Shown here piece after piece: positions 36,801 to 50,600 of a stretch of 64,000 nucleotides of DNA. Every line of letters begins with the position of its first letter. Position 1 is the first letter of the stretch. The notes under the pieces were generated by a model, which ran no database searches, was not told where the DNA came from, and saw only the letters and a list, made by a program, of their open reading frames with translations. Both the position numbers and the translations under genes were made by a program. This DNA is from Botryllus schlosseri (lineage: Eukaryota), in assembly GCA_051294905.1 (NCBI GenBank), contig CM119384.1:9424001-9488000 (forward strand). The letters are read 5' to 3'.

Positions 36801-39800
36801 AGTTACATCCGGTGGAGAACTCACTTTTACATATGAACAATTGAACATATATTGTCCTGTATACGTTACCTGGAACAACACACGATTCAGTACATTTCTC
36901 GGTCGATTGCGTCCAAGATCCTGCGTCGGCGCCGGAAAACGTCAAATTTCTCAGGTCAGTGTCGGGGACGTACACGTATGTCGAATTACAATCGGCGACG
37001 TCACGGATAAGAGACTCATTTCTGGTCTGCGTCGTCGCACTGCAGGCAACTGTGTCAAGTACATGTCAATTGCAAATGACTTGTTGCATATAGACAGTGA
37101 AATGCCAAATAGGTCTTCTTTACACTCATAGGTATTATAAAGAACAAAGAGAAATGAAATAGCTATACAGTGTACTCAAAGTATACGGTAAAAGCAGTGA
37201 TATCAAATTCTAGCCGCGTCAGTAGAAGTTTGAGTACACATATTAACAACCATCAAACAATCTTGTGACGCACTGCAGCACCCCAAAAGTTGTACAAGTA
37301 AGCGACCATTTATATTAAAATGAAATATCACTAACAAAGCATTATTGATGCTCTAATGTCGGATATACCTACGCTGGGTTGTTAAAACATTGAATATCTC
37401 ATGCAATTTCTATTTCGTTTTGGTGCGGCTCGTCTAAGAAATACAGAGTGGGGCTGAAATAGCGATCATGTAGGTATTTGCAGAGGTGGGCAGTAACAAA
37501 ACACTGCTTGCTTTTGACATTTTGGATTTTGCGAAGTATAGTAAAGTGTTTGTAAAGTAGTTTTTGCCATTGATTTGTGTCACTTTTATGAGTGAAATTA
37601 TCACATTATAGGGGAATATTTATATCTAAACATGATTTGAGCAGAAGTTCACGGCATTACTGAAACTTCTACTTGAGTGGCAAAACTGGCTACTTTGACC
37701 ACCTCTAGATATTTGTGTTGCATTAGACATGCGCATTATGCACTATAATTCGCATTTTTTAAATTCAGTGAAATTTCCGTTAGTTGGGTAGCAGTACCTT
37801 TTGGCCCCCTGACCCTCATTTACTCGTTATACGCGTGCCTCCCCCTAAATTATTCACCAACGTCGGGCCGAAATCGTGTATGGACATATCACTGGTTTGT
37901 TAAACGTGTGTTTGTTAACGTGAATATATAAAACGCGGGTAAGCATTAAAATCCAAATTCGTTTTTGGTCGACTAAACCAAACACGAAACACGACAGTGG
38001 CAGAACGAAGCTTCGGTGCTAGATTACGAAAAATTGTAATTGACATTCGCTACTTGTTCAAGGGGTTATGTGTTCAGGCGATACTGCCACTTCTATAGGA
38101 ACAGTTTGCTAAGAAAAACTATTTACTTTTTGCACATAGAATTTTGATGAGTTGAAGTATTTTTTTGTTTCCATTTTTATGGTTGCTATTGTCATAAGAA
38201 CCGCTTGTACTCTGTGTCACGGCTACTGAATCTATTTTTGAAGATTGTGCCTATTTGTAGCGCTATTTGTCATCTTACGACTTCGAACGTAGCCACATGC
38301 GATTATCTGTTAAAAGTATGCGACCGCATGACAGATCTGCTACAGGGTATCAAATGCTGTGGTGCAGTCACCGAAATACGGAGCCATTACACGCACCTTT
38401 GTCTCCACAAAAGTCGCCTGCGTAGCCTGGTGAGCACTCGCAATCGTAATTGCTGGCGGTTCCAATGCATATCGCGCCATTTTGGCAATCATTATCCAGA
38501 CAGTTATCTGCAGAAATTAGCAAATAATTACATGGATGTTGTGACTTTGTTAAGATTTTGGCTCATCGTCCATGACGCGTCCTGAACACTGATTCTCAGC
38601 CGAATATAAAACCGGATATTGAACATTTTTTGCACCCAAAACCAGAGGCTGTGTGTACCTGTTTGACAAGAATCACCAGAGAAGCCCGGGAGGCAGATGC
38701 ATATTGAATTGCCTTCAACCACGGAGCACGTTCCGCCATTTACACATTCTTTCGTACACTCTGAAAAGAAAAAGAAAAGTCGATAACGGTATGCGGTGCT
38801 CCAGCGAATCAACGGAATGTCGTATCCCACCTTCTGTCCCGCCATCTCCGCTGAACGTGGTTTCTACAAAACAAGAAATACTTCAACAAATCAGTTGATG
38901 CGATCCAACTATATGGAACTTGGTATTATGGTTAAAGGGTGTATCGGTTTGGATGATCTCAAATTACTTCGGTCAAACGAGCAGATGTTTGAAAGCATGA
39001 GATTTGTATCTGACGGAGTCGTCGATTAAATGAATCCTCGCATCTGTAAATGGTTCGTTTTAATATCTATATGCTGGCATATCGGTAGGCAACATAGCAT
39101 AGCCCAATTCCCAATCTTTTTCGACTCATTGCCCCCTTATCAATCTCGGCACAAATTTTATCCCCCCTCCCCATATTTACGGATCCGAAAAAGATGACAT
39201 CTAAACGGGGGAGGTTCATTCACCTAACTCTAATCGCTGGTGAAATGACTTTAAAAAGGTCATTTCCGAGTAAGTACTCGTAAAAACGGTGTCTGCGACT
39301 ACTTTCCGTTGAGTTGACCTTTTTTGCGTCATAATTAGCCGTCATCACATGCATTTTTCCGCTTTGTCAATTAAATGTATCTCACTGAACGTTATAGCAT
39401 TTTAGCCCCTACCGCCCCTTTCGTATTTCCGCTCCCTTGCATCTCAAAATCACCCATTGGGGAGGGGGGGCGATATCGCCAACGTTCGAACCATTAATAT
39501 AGCCTGTAATACCCTATATAGTGACCATACTACAGGGGTTGGCATATTTTGAGCATGACGGTCGTATTCAGAATATGAATCGGTTAGTATAGACTAAGTT
39601 ACAATTATATACCAAGACATAAAGGCGCAGTGTGAGTGTGCAGTGGAATGATGAGCGCAGTGTGTAAAACGGCAGCAACGGTAGCTGGTTCGAGCCTCGA
39701 ATCCTCCAAGATAGGTTGTGGAAGCTACCGAGGTCTTGTTTATATATATCGTCTGCTATCGGCGTAACATACTTTATGTCCAGGTTGTGTCGTCTAAAGC

Positions 39801-42800
39801 GTGAAAATGCCCAGCGCCGGGATGCCGGTTCATAAGTTGCGCTCCCATTAGGCTGCACACGTGCACAGTGAAAACTATTAGACTAAAGCATCCAAACGGT
39901 TTGATACGATATTAGGTTGACGTTCTTCCATAACTGCTAATACGGTTGACTCATTTCTGTACGTTATGCATAGTTTTTAAAAACATTTTCTGTATACATA
40001 TATATTTATTATTGGGTGGTCCCACATTATTATTATGACACCACGCTCCAATCAATCGTGCGAGGCGCGGAAAAAAATTTCAAGAAAAGAAAAATTTGCC
40101 CTAGAAGACTCTATTTTATGTTGGTTTATGAAATAATTTTGGATCGCCTACGAGCTTTGTAAATTTTTAAAACTTCTGTTTCACTTTTTGCAAAAACGTG
40201 GTCTCAATATGTCGTTTGCGTGAAATCATTTGGCGTGCCTTGAAAAATCATCTCGCGGGCCACAAATGGCACGCGTGCCGAGGTTGCCGGCCCCTGTTAT
40301 AGGCCTACCGTTGTAGAATCATAAACGAGCAAATGAAATAAATATACGTCGACATGGTGTTACACTCAACGTACCGCAATATCCCAACTTAAACAAAACT
40401 GCTTGGGCATTGGTTCTTATTATATCAAGAAGCGCATGATGAAAAATTGTGATGTAGACAACATTGTTTGAATGAAGCAACACGGTGTGACACCAGCAGT
40501 GTACGCTAGGATTGTTTTAAAAAAAAACTTTTTTTTTTGAAATTTCATCGGCTTAGTTGTCAAATCGTCAGGTTACATAAAAAAAACGTTGCGCACCAAA
40601 TTGGATTCAATTCCAATCAGTAGTAGCCGAGGTCAGTCAAATTGAAATTTCGGTCATTTTCTAAATAATAGTAGGCTATTTGCGGCGACCAATTTCGTCA
40701 TACCGACATGACCAAAAATCGTGTTCCAGGTATGCCTGAAGTGGCAGGGATGTCTTTTTCACTTGTTTTGATGCTGGCAATGGCCTACGATGGATTTTGG
40801 ATGAAGACATTGTCAGTAAACGAAAAAAAGATATGACACTAATTGGCTGGAAATTAGTCCACTTCATTGAATTGACACGTTAAAACGATGTTGAGATAAT
40901 TTTCAAATAGAGTACTTTACAAACTGAAATTAACCACCACGAAAAGGAAATAAACTGATAATAAGCATACGGGTAAATATATTTCTCAAGTGCTAGTCAA
41001 TATATATATTCTTTGTCGGTCCAATATATAGATTTCTTCACGATACAATTTGATATTATATGATATCCTATCATTTGCTCTGCAGCACTCCTATAGTACT
41101 CTCACAGGCGAATTATAAGACTAATGGGCATCGTGACCAATGTTCCCTCTAAGCTGCGCACGTGCGCAAATGCGCAGTGCTGACACGGTCTCTGCGCACA
41201 GAAAATCCAATTTGCGCACAAGAAATCTGAAGTGATGACCTTTTATTTAGTAGTTACGCACTGTTGTCCAAGGTTCTGCGCAGTGAGTTTGTGAGTGTGC
41301 GCAGACTCGTCAAAAATTAGAGGGAACATTGTCGAGACATTCCTATCAAAAGTTAATCGCCCTCTCTTCATGTCATCCTCCACATTCGGTGAATACCATC
41401 TAATTGTATATCGTGGTAAAACACCAATGCTTTTTATTACTCTATGACAAGAAGGGGGGGGGGATCACACAAGAAGGGGGTTCAGGTGATATTGAAAGAC
41501 CAGAAAATGGCTAATGTGCGTTATCAGCTCAGTGAGTTACCATTTAGTTTCCCTGAAGCTCGCAAAGTTTCGAGCACATAAAAAGCTCTAGTTAGTCTAG
41601 TATCAACGCTTATGTGAAGTACCAAAAATGCTTTTTCAACTCATAAATACTATTCATTGGCATAGCCATTTTCAATTGCAATCAGCACCATTTTTAACGC
41701 CCTGTATCAGTCAATGTCAGGCTGCAGAGAAATATTCGAACACTGAGCTGCTGAGGAATGCAACTGATGTCTCTGTGGATGATATAAAACTTCGAATCAA
41801 GGCAGAGAGACATCGGCATGCCCTGTATAACTGGGATAGATTTCCGACAAAAAATACTTTTAGATATGACTATCACTTGAAAATATATTTACCCGTATTT
41901 TACCTGCTTGTCAGTTCATTTCCTTTCCTTTTCGTGGTCGTTAATTTCAGTGTGTAAAGTACTCTAATCGAAAATTATCTCACCATCCTTTTAACGTGGC
42001 CATTTCAATGAAGTGGGCTAATTTCCAGCTAATCCGTGTCGTGCCTTTTTTCGTTTATAGGCGATGTCTTCAACCAAACTCCACCATAGGCCCATATCAA
42101 GATTAAAACAAATGGAAAAGACACCCCTGCCTTTTCAGGCATACCTGGAACACGATTTTTGGTCATGATCGTGTGACGAAATTTCAAAAATGACCGAAAT
42201 TTCAATTTGACTGACCTCGGCTTCTACAGGTTGGAATTGAGTCAAATTTGGTGTGCAACGTTTTTTTAGGTAACCTAACTAAGCCGACAAAATTTGAAAA
42301 AAAAAGTTTTTTAACACCCCTACTGTACGCATAATTTCATTGTTGCCAGTCAATAACTGCTGCTGCTGCTAGTTGGTAAGGACAAACACTTAGTACCCGA
42401 GAATCTAGGAAAGTATATTTCGTTGCATTAAATTTTTTTTAAATTATTTCCACCATAATTAGTATAATGTAACTACTGGAATTCTTCATAGGTCCAGATT
42501 TCGTTAAAATAAAGTTTTTTCACGTGAAAATTTGTCAGTAGTATAATTGTAACATTACGTGGGAAAACACCTAATTTACATACATGTGTTCAAAATTTGG
42601 TCAAAATTAATTTTTTAAGGTAAAAAGTCAGAGTCCACTTTTCTAGATAACACACGCCATGGACTGCTTGATTACGATATGATAAGTAAATGCCAGATTG
42701 CGAAACATCAGTTTCAAACGTTATGATGGGCCATATAAACTGTGATGAAATATTTCATATGGGCGACAATGCGGTGTGGACGGAACCACACAACCCGATA

Positions 42801-44579
42801 CCGAAATTACATTCACCGGTACTTTCGTGAAATCATGTTGGGCACTCCATATCCACTGTGCGCGAAGCGCGACGAAAATTCTGGGCTCTACTCAATATTT
42901 ATGAAAATTAAATATTGATACTCCTTGAAAACAGCCCCAAAATTCCTCTGGCTATCATCCTGATTGGAGGATTAAACTACTTCTATTTGACAAATTGAAA
43001 ATAGCTAAAAGTAAGTAAGTAGATCACAAAATATTACGAAGTAGAAGTAGCGCGAAATTAGATATACTTGAGTAAGTACCTAAGTAGCGGAAAACTACTT
43101 GAGTACTTTAAAAAAGTCGAAGTACTTCGTTACTGACCACCTCTGAATAAATCATTGTTGTCTCAAACATTTCACATCAGTAGCTTTATTTAGCAGCATT
43201 GATTAGCTACAAATATGCTCACTGCCTATCATTATAGGATGCTTGGTTTCAAGTGGTGTTTCGAATTATAGCCTTTAAATCCCATGGTCGGGTTTTCTTT
43301 TGTTAGGTCAAGATTAGCTTGGGTTCTCTTTTAATGACTGGCCATCATGGCACTATAGCGGATTCGATTCTCGCCGCATGTGTTCCACTCTAATATGGTC
43401 ATGCCACCAACGCGGATTGTTACTACACAACGTATGGCGTTATCGACAAAGTATAGTCAGATAATCCCCCCTCCCATATTCTCGCGTGGTCCCCAAGGTC
43501 AAGTAAAACGCATGAGACAATCAGACTTGCATCTGCCAAAGGTGTATGAGACTTACCCATTCCCGCTGTAGCATTCTGCGCATCTGAAAATATTTCGTAA
43601 ACGTTGTCGTAGGAAGCAGTAACTGTATCTGTATGTATATGTATTAATGGAGCTTATCGCCTTTTTAGGACTTGTGCTCCACGACACGAATTTCATAATG
43701 TTCAAAGGTCTTCGCTTTTGTATTATTGAGAACGTCTTCCAGTCTCTCTCGCAGTCATTCTTCATTCTCTCTCGCTCCCATGCGTCCGCATCGAGATCTC
43801 TGCTGCCGACTTTTGCACGGCTCACTTTCAGTCTGGGCTTTTCAATGCACTACCGTAGTAGTGAGGTCGGCGATGAGGAGCCCAGAGAAACCTCCGACAC
43901 ATAGACGTTGGTCAGAACCGGGATTCGAACCCAAGTCCATTGAGGAAGCAGTAACTAATCCATACTAGATTTGGGAATATGGAGACTTACTGTCTCTGTA
44001 GGAAGTTCGTTCCCATCATTCCGGGAATATTCCAGAAAGCGAGGAGGGTTAAAACCTCGTTAAAATCGTATTCAATATACTCACGGAACAATCAAATTTG
44101 TATAACAGCTAAAGCTTTGGTAAAAGTCTATGAGACTTACCCGTTACAGCTGTAGTATTCTGCGCACCTGTAAATAATTCGTAGACATTTACGTACAGAG
44201 CAGTCACTAATCTATACAGTATTGGAATATAGAGATCTCCTATATATGTAGGAAGTTCGTTCGCAGTATTCTGGACACATTCCAGAAAGCAAGGATGGTT
44301 AAAACCTCGCAGAAATAATATGCAACATACAGTATTCATTTCAATCAATAAGTCGATCTTTCCACATCGCTTCTCGTCATACTTCTGTGAACTTACTGGC
44401 TTAATAGTTTGTTGCTGCAGCTGTCAATTTTTTCTTTGAGCAATATCCGTTAATATTCGTTTACCATTTTGAAATGAGATAGGTACAGTGTGGGCTTAAA
44501 TCAAATTCAATTAATCAAGTTTTTTTTGTTTGATATATTACACGCAGTTTCAATAGAGTGTGGCGGTTGTTATTTTCAT

Positions 44580-44617
<38 letters not shown>

Positions 44618-47600
44618 TCATCAAGTTGTGTGAACTTGTCGCACTTATACTTCTCCAAGAGACTTTTCGGGGTACAGAACTAAGCTCTTCGAGCTGATAC
44701 TCTTCACGGACAATCGTCAGCAAATGAGGAATTTCAAAAACTTGTATCCAACTACATTGCGTGCATGCATCCATTTATGGCGTCATAGAAACGAATAGCC
44801 CATGAAGTCCAGACAAACCGCGAACTCAGCTGTAGCGAATTTTCAGTTCGAGCAAAAATTCCTTCTGCTGGCAGAAACGGGGTTGGTGGATTTTAGCAAA
44901 TACTTCTCGCCACTTCAGAACGCTTGTGGCCTAATAAGTAATCCTTACAAAGTGAAAATCCTTACTGATTGTCGGTAACAGCGACCATATTGGCAAGAGT
45001 TTGATGATATGTTTAGGGCTCCGATCAGTTCCAATAAATATTTATATATCGGTGTTTAAAATCGTCTGCTGTGCTCCTTCGGTCACTAATTTGTCGGCTA
45101 TACGGACGGAATGTCAACAAGATTTTGCAAGAAAGTCAACTCGTTAAGACGAGAGCGCATTAGCTCAATATTAATATGTAACGATTTGATTGAGTCGCCA
45201 TGGAAATTCCAAACACATTGCTGTTGATAACTAGTACCCGCTTGCCCAAGCTAGTGTTTTCATTTTTATGTCTAAACGATGTGGCACTTTTAAAATCACA
45301 GCATTCGACCTGACCAATGACCATTGTGCATAAGTCGGTGGGTATTAAGGTATAGACTACAGACTGAATGTAATCATCCTATACATAAGAAAATATCACA
45401 TAGCATTAGCCATATAACAGCTTGATTCACACAGCTAATATGGAATGCCACGACCGCAGCGGATTGATAGCTGTATTCACCGATTCGTGGAATTTGGATT
45501 TGAATTTGGATGGATTTGTGAAATTGTGATCCAATAGTTGTTCATTTTGCTGTCACGCCTGGCCATCAAGAAATCCAATCGCGTACTGAGTTTTTCCAGT
45601 CGCTATTTTTTCGTTCAAGTTATGTTCGTCACCATTAAACTTTGTTTTAGCATCGTACGATTCAAGAAATTGAACCCAACTTCCAGTATTATATTGCAAG
45701 CAATCTGACCCTATCCGAATCATTCATCAACGGAAGTACTTTGCGATGAATTGGTTAAATTGCGGTTGAAATATTGGTATTTCTGGGGTGTTCGCGTGTC
45801 AAACTATGAGGAATGAAGACATAGACGCATTCATATCCCCTGTTCAATAATAATAATAATAATATCTTTTGAAATAACGAGGTCAATAACCAACCATGTC
45901 ACGGGATGGTTTCATGGCAATTTCATCTCACCACCGTTTACTCAAGTTTTTATCATTTCTAATCATTGCGTGGTTGCGATTTTGGAAAATAAAACCGCTG
46001 CGTCATCCGTTTGACAAACTTCCATGGCAACTGCGTCATTTCCATCGCTATCCTAACGGCGCTAATGTCAATATTGGGCAATAACCCACAAGTCCACATG
46101 CCCGGGTTGATACTGATGAAATGTATCAACTATAGTACTAATTGTAAGGATTGCATTGCGGGGGATATGATCCGGGAGTTAAAATACATTTTTCTATGAA
46201 TAGTATTTTCGATAATTGCGATGGCATCGTAATCATGCCTTTGCGACGAAGCGCAGGTCTTGCTGTCTATTATTTGTAAACCAGTTCATTTCAACCATTG
46301 GCTCTTCGAGTGGCCGTTGAATAGGATCAAGTATCACTTTTCATTTGATAACATCAATTTTGCGAATGAGTGAAATTTTCATGTTGAACGCATAGGATAT
46401 ACTGGAAACTATATAGAATTTTAATATGTTTCGTGTAGGTTTGAATTGGTCTTTCACTATATTCAACTTCAACCATTCGTCAGTATACCATGTTGCACTA
46501 TTAAATCACGCAACTCCGTAAGCTCATGCAGCTTTAAATGCGCCGCTCAAGTCATATATAATATACAATAATAACAAACAAATATTCCGTAGCAGTTTGT
46601 GTAGACAGCACGTAGCTAAATAATATTCTTCTTTGCAATATATTTTCTTATTTGACGCCATACCACGGCACACATGATTTATAGTTTAGACGAGCAAATA
46701 CGAGCGGTAGTCATGGATATACGATAAACTTTGGGTCAGTGGTGGCATATGATCATGATTGGTTTAATTTAATTGGAATATATCGCTCGAACTCAAACAC
46801 CGACGGGGTTCGGCTAACAGAGGAAGATAACGATTGTTGTATTATTTAATTACAAAAGGCGCGCAAGCAATTGTTTGCATAATGTGGCATAGCTTTATAA
46901 CAATATGAAACATATTGCTTGTATATCTCACTAGCCGTTGGGCACCTGAAACCATAGCCTACTATAGACTTGCGAGCAAATTCGATAGCGTCGATAATAA
47001 TATATTCTGGCAATGTCATTGTCAATGAGGTGGGGCAAATCAATGTTCGCTGTCAAACAGGCCTGCATTGCCATTGCGATAAGATACATTCCAGGAATAG
47101 AGTAACGAATGCAATTCTAACATATATATATACTTTCACATATGCCGCCGTAAAGACTATGTAGGTGTAGGCCTATATAGCAGAAGTGAATGTGTAAAGC
47201 AGGGGCTCCCAACCTGGGGGGCGTGAAAGCATCTGAAGGTAGCCGCGAAGAAACGGCCAACTGAAAAATTTTTTTGCGCTCCGCGCGATTTACCTCCAAT
47301 TCACGCATGTTTTCCTGTATATGGACTGAATTTGAAATTTTTTAATTCTCTCATGAACAATGAACATCATAACCTTCCATCCCATCAAACAATCTGTTGA
47401 GGTTGCTAGCATCCCGGTTGGATTTTGTGATATGACGATAAGGGAGGCGCGAAATTTTTCACTATCACAAAGGAGGCGTGTCTAAAAAATGGTTGAGAAC
47501 CACTGGTGTAAGGGAATTCACAAATGCGGGGATAACCTGCATTATGGCGTTTGATTATGACGTCACTAAGAAACATGGAATCGAGAGTGTCCCGTGATGC

Positions 47601-50600
47601 AGCGACAATGCGACATGAATGCCTCGTATATCGATATAGGAATCCAGCACGCTCACAGGACGAGGTAAGCATCTAGTGCCATAAATGATGGTACACCGAA
47701 CTTAACTGACGTAATCCATAGTCCGGCGACACGACATACACTAGGAATGAATAACCATACATTGTAACAGAATAAATGGCTGTACTTGTACGCGTATATC
47801 GCGAAAACCTCGAAATGCATCACATGACAATAAATTGATAAATTTATCATTTCTGCTGTACATGGGCGAAAACCCGTTTTATACTATACGCAAAAACGCT
47901 GGAAGACTCACTTGATGTGGCGAGCGTAGCAAAAAGAAATACTGCCAGGGAAGTCACCTGCATCTTCATAATTACTTCTCTTTCAATCTTACGACTCCAG
48001 TGACACAATTATAAAATATAAGATATCAGATACAATATATAGCTGTAAGAATAGGATTTATGAAGGCATATTGGGATGGTCTCAAATATATCTTTATACT
48101 TCCATCCCGTGATGGAATATGTAGACCGCTGTGTATCCGGAGGACCAAGGCTGAACTATCTTGACACATTTAAAAAGTTCATGGTTAGCATTCGGTCACC
48201 TATAGATAAAATTATCCACTCTCGCTTTCGGCTACTTCATTAGCTCCCGCATCCGACATACCTCAGTTCACCGACCTCTATTTATGACACTTAGTCCCCG
48301 GTTGTATCCTTCAAAACTGTCCATCGAATTCGAGTAAGGTTAAATCGACCAATATTTATGTATGAATGAGATCCTTCTGATCTAAATATTTGATCTCTAT
48401 TTTAGCGAGGATGTAATTTATATTTCCCCGCCGATTTACCATCTGTTGCATATGATTCTACACGCACTGGTGATATTTGCAGGGCTAACATTTCTATCTT
48501 CGGCTGACATTGACACTGGTGGATTCATTTCAGTGCGGCTACATTATTTTTATCACGTCACCTCGGAACATTATCATCAATACTATCATCTTTCTATGAC
48601 ATTTTACCTCCTGCATTCTTTTCGAAGACAGGACGACATATCAATTTTGACACACCCTACTCCAGAGATCCAGACCGCCATGTGCATCAAATTATAAAAC
48701 AAGTGGCGAATATATTGCTTGATGTCATACCTTGTGTTTGTGATCACCTATGGATACGCATGACGTTGCCGTAGCAACGATGCGCTCCCGTTAGACATGT
48801 CGCAACTTTCCTATCCCGATGGGTGTTGCTAATAATTGACTAACTGATTGGAGTACTTTATGCTTCATATATTGGAGTGTCATAAAATATAGCCCACTAG
48901 ATACACACGATGGGTGTACTCAATTTGAAATTTGTATTGCGGTGATAATTTGTCCATACGGTTCTCATCTCAAGATATGTATTGGATGATTTATATCAAT
49001 ATTGTTGAAATACGGCTTTTATCAAATTCGTTGCAAGGGGCCCCGTTTAGGTCAGATAAATATAGATTGGACTTGAGTATTTCTCGTCATTGAACATAAT
49101 AGTCCTAAATATCCATGGAGATAACCTGACGCCATAAGAAATTTTGTTACGTATGTGTCGATAACAATATATGTATTGTCTAGGTGCCCACTGACAGCCG
49201 TGGACAGTGTTCAAAGCTCGCACGCATATCCTCCACATGCATCATTGTTGGTTGGAAGTAGTTGGTTATTTTGTATAGAGAAGCCTCATCCTTATATATG
49301 TCAAACCGCCATAAATTTCTATTTTTATGGAATCTTCTTGTTTGATAACCTCTGCTCGTGAAGATAAAATTTAATGCGGATGTACCGCGTCGTCGTTCAC
49401 TGGTTATTGATTTTAGTGGCTAGTAGCTACTACCCGCTACCCATAGTTGTCACTTGTCATATTCAAATTTTAATAAATCGGTAATTCAGTACCATCAATA
49501 TGATGCTGTTGAATCTCGCATTTAATATTGCATTGTAGGGATGGTGTGAACCCCTGAAAGGTTCACGTTCGTGTGAATGTGAACCTATGACGTCACGTGA
49601 CGTCGTATTGCTAATTCCAACCCTGCATTTCAGTGAAGAGATATATCAATGTTTGTACGTACACGATATACCTAGCGACTACTCAGGTCACGCTATGCCA
49701 CTATAGAGACTGTAGACATGCCATAATGCTGAAGTAGGCTACATCATTAGACCAGTGGTTCTCAACAGGAGTGCCATTTACGTTTCGCATGTGTGTGTGT
49801 TGCGAGAGATTTCTTCGAAATTTTGAAATTATACGGAAAATAATTCTAGTCTATAGCAAACGATTAATCTAACTCGGGGTCAATGAGAAGTTTGTAGATT
49901 TGACAAATCAAAATTGCTGTCATGCAGGCAACCAATATCCCCCGCTAATTCGATTTACCCGACCATATCGCATGCTCTGAAGGCTGAAATAAGTTTTGCA
50001 CAATGCGTTGAATATTAATCGCAGAGAAGAGCCTGTATGACGATGCAATTTTCTCATCGTCTTCCTAATCACAAGCGAGAAATGAACTCCTTCGGGAGTG
50101 ATGTTCATTGTTCATGTTCATTGTTCACCTTTACAAATTCGAATTATAAGCATAACCAATTAACCATCCATCGAATTATAAGCATAACCAATTAACCATC
50201 CATTCATTCATCCATTCATCCATTCATCCATCCATTCGAATTATAAGCATAACCAATTAACCATCCATCCATATTGTGATTGTTAGGTAGTATGCCGGCA
50301 CTGCCGGTCTAATATAGGCTTGTATCGCAACGTTATGTTACCGGTGACGAATTTAAGAATTGAGAACTAAAGTTGCTCAAATTAGATCATTTTACAAATT
50401 TCTCCGCCGCAAAGGCTATTATCGCGGTTTGTTGAAACTATAATTTATCTGCGGGTGGCTGCCAGTAGAACAATCGAGGTATGGCTATCCCCACGCGTTC
50501 TACACGATCTGCCTGGAAATGCATCTGGCATCCATGTAGGTAGGCCTATGCCTCTTCGATGCGATGGTTAATTACATCGACAATGCGGAAGTGTGGAGGA

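Noticed and set aside
41628-41957. 109-aa + strand ORF inside the foldback element
   Set aside because: No recognisable motif and no consistent splice structure.
43647-43968. Overlapping ORFs on both strands
   Set aside because: They lie within a TSD-flanked SINE.
45480-45715. Coding-like - strand stretch (DCLQYNTGSW...; LDFLMARR...NYWIT) as an extra receptor exon
   Set aside because: The two readings are in different frames and there is no good phase-1 GT donor.
48446-48697. Signal-peptide-like + strand ORF (MILHALVIFAGLTFLSSA) as a nested gene
   Set aside because: Weak donor and no downstream exons could be linked.
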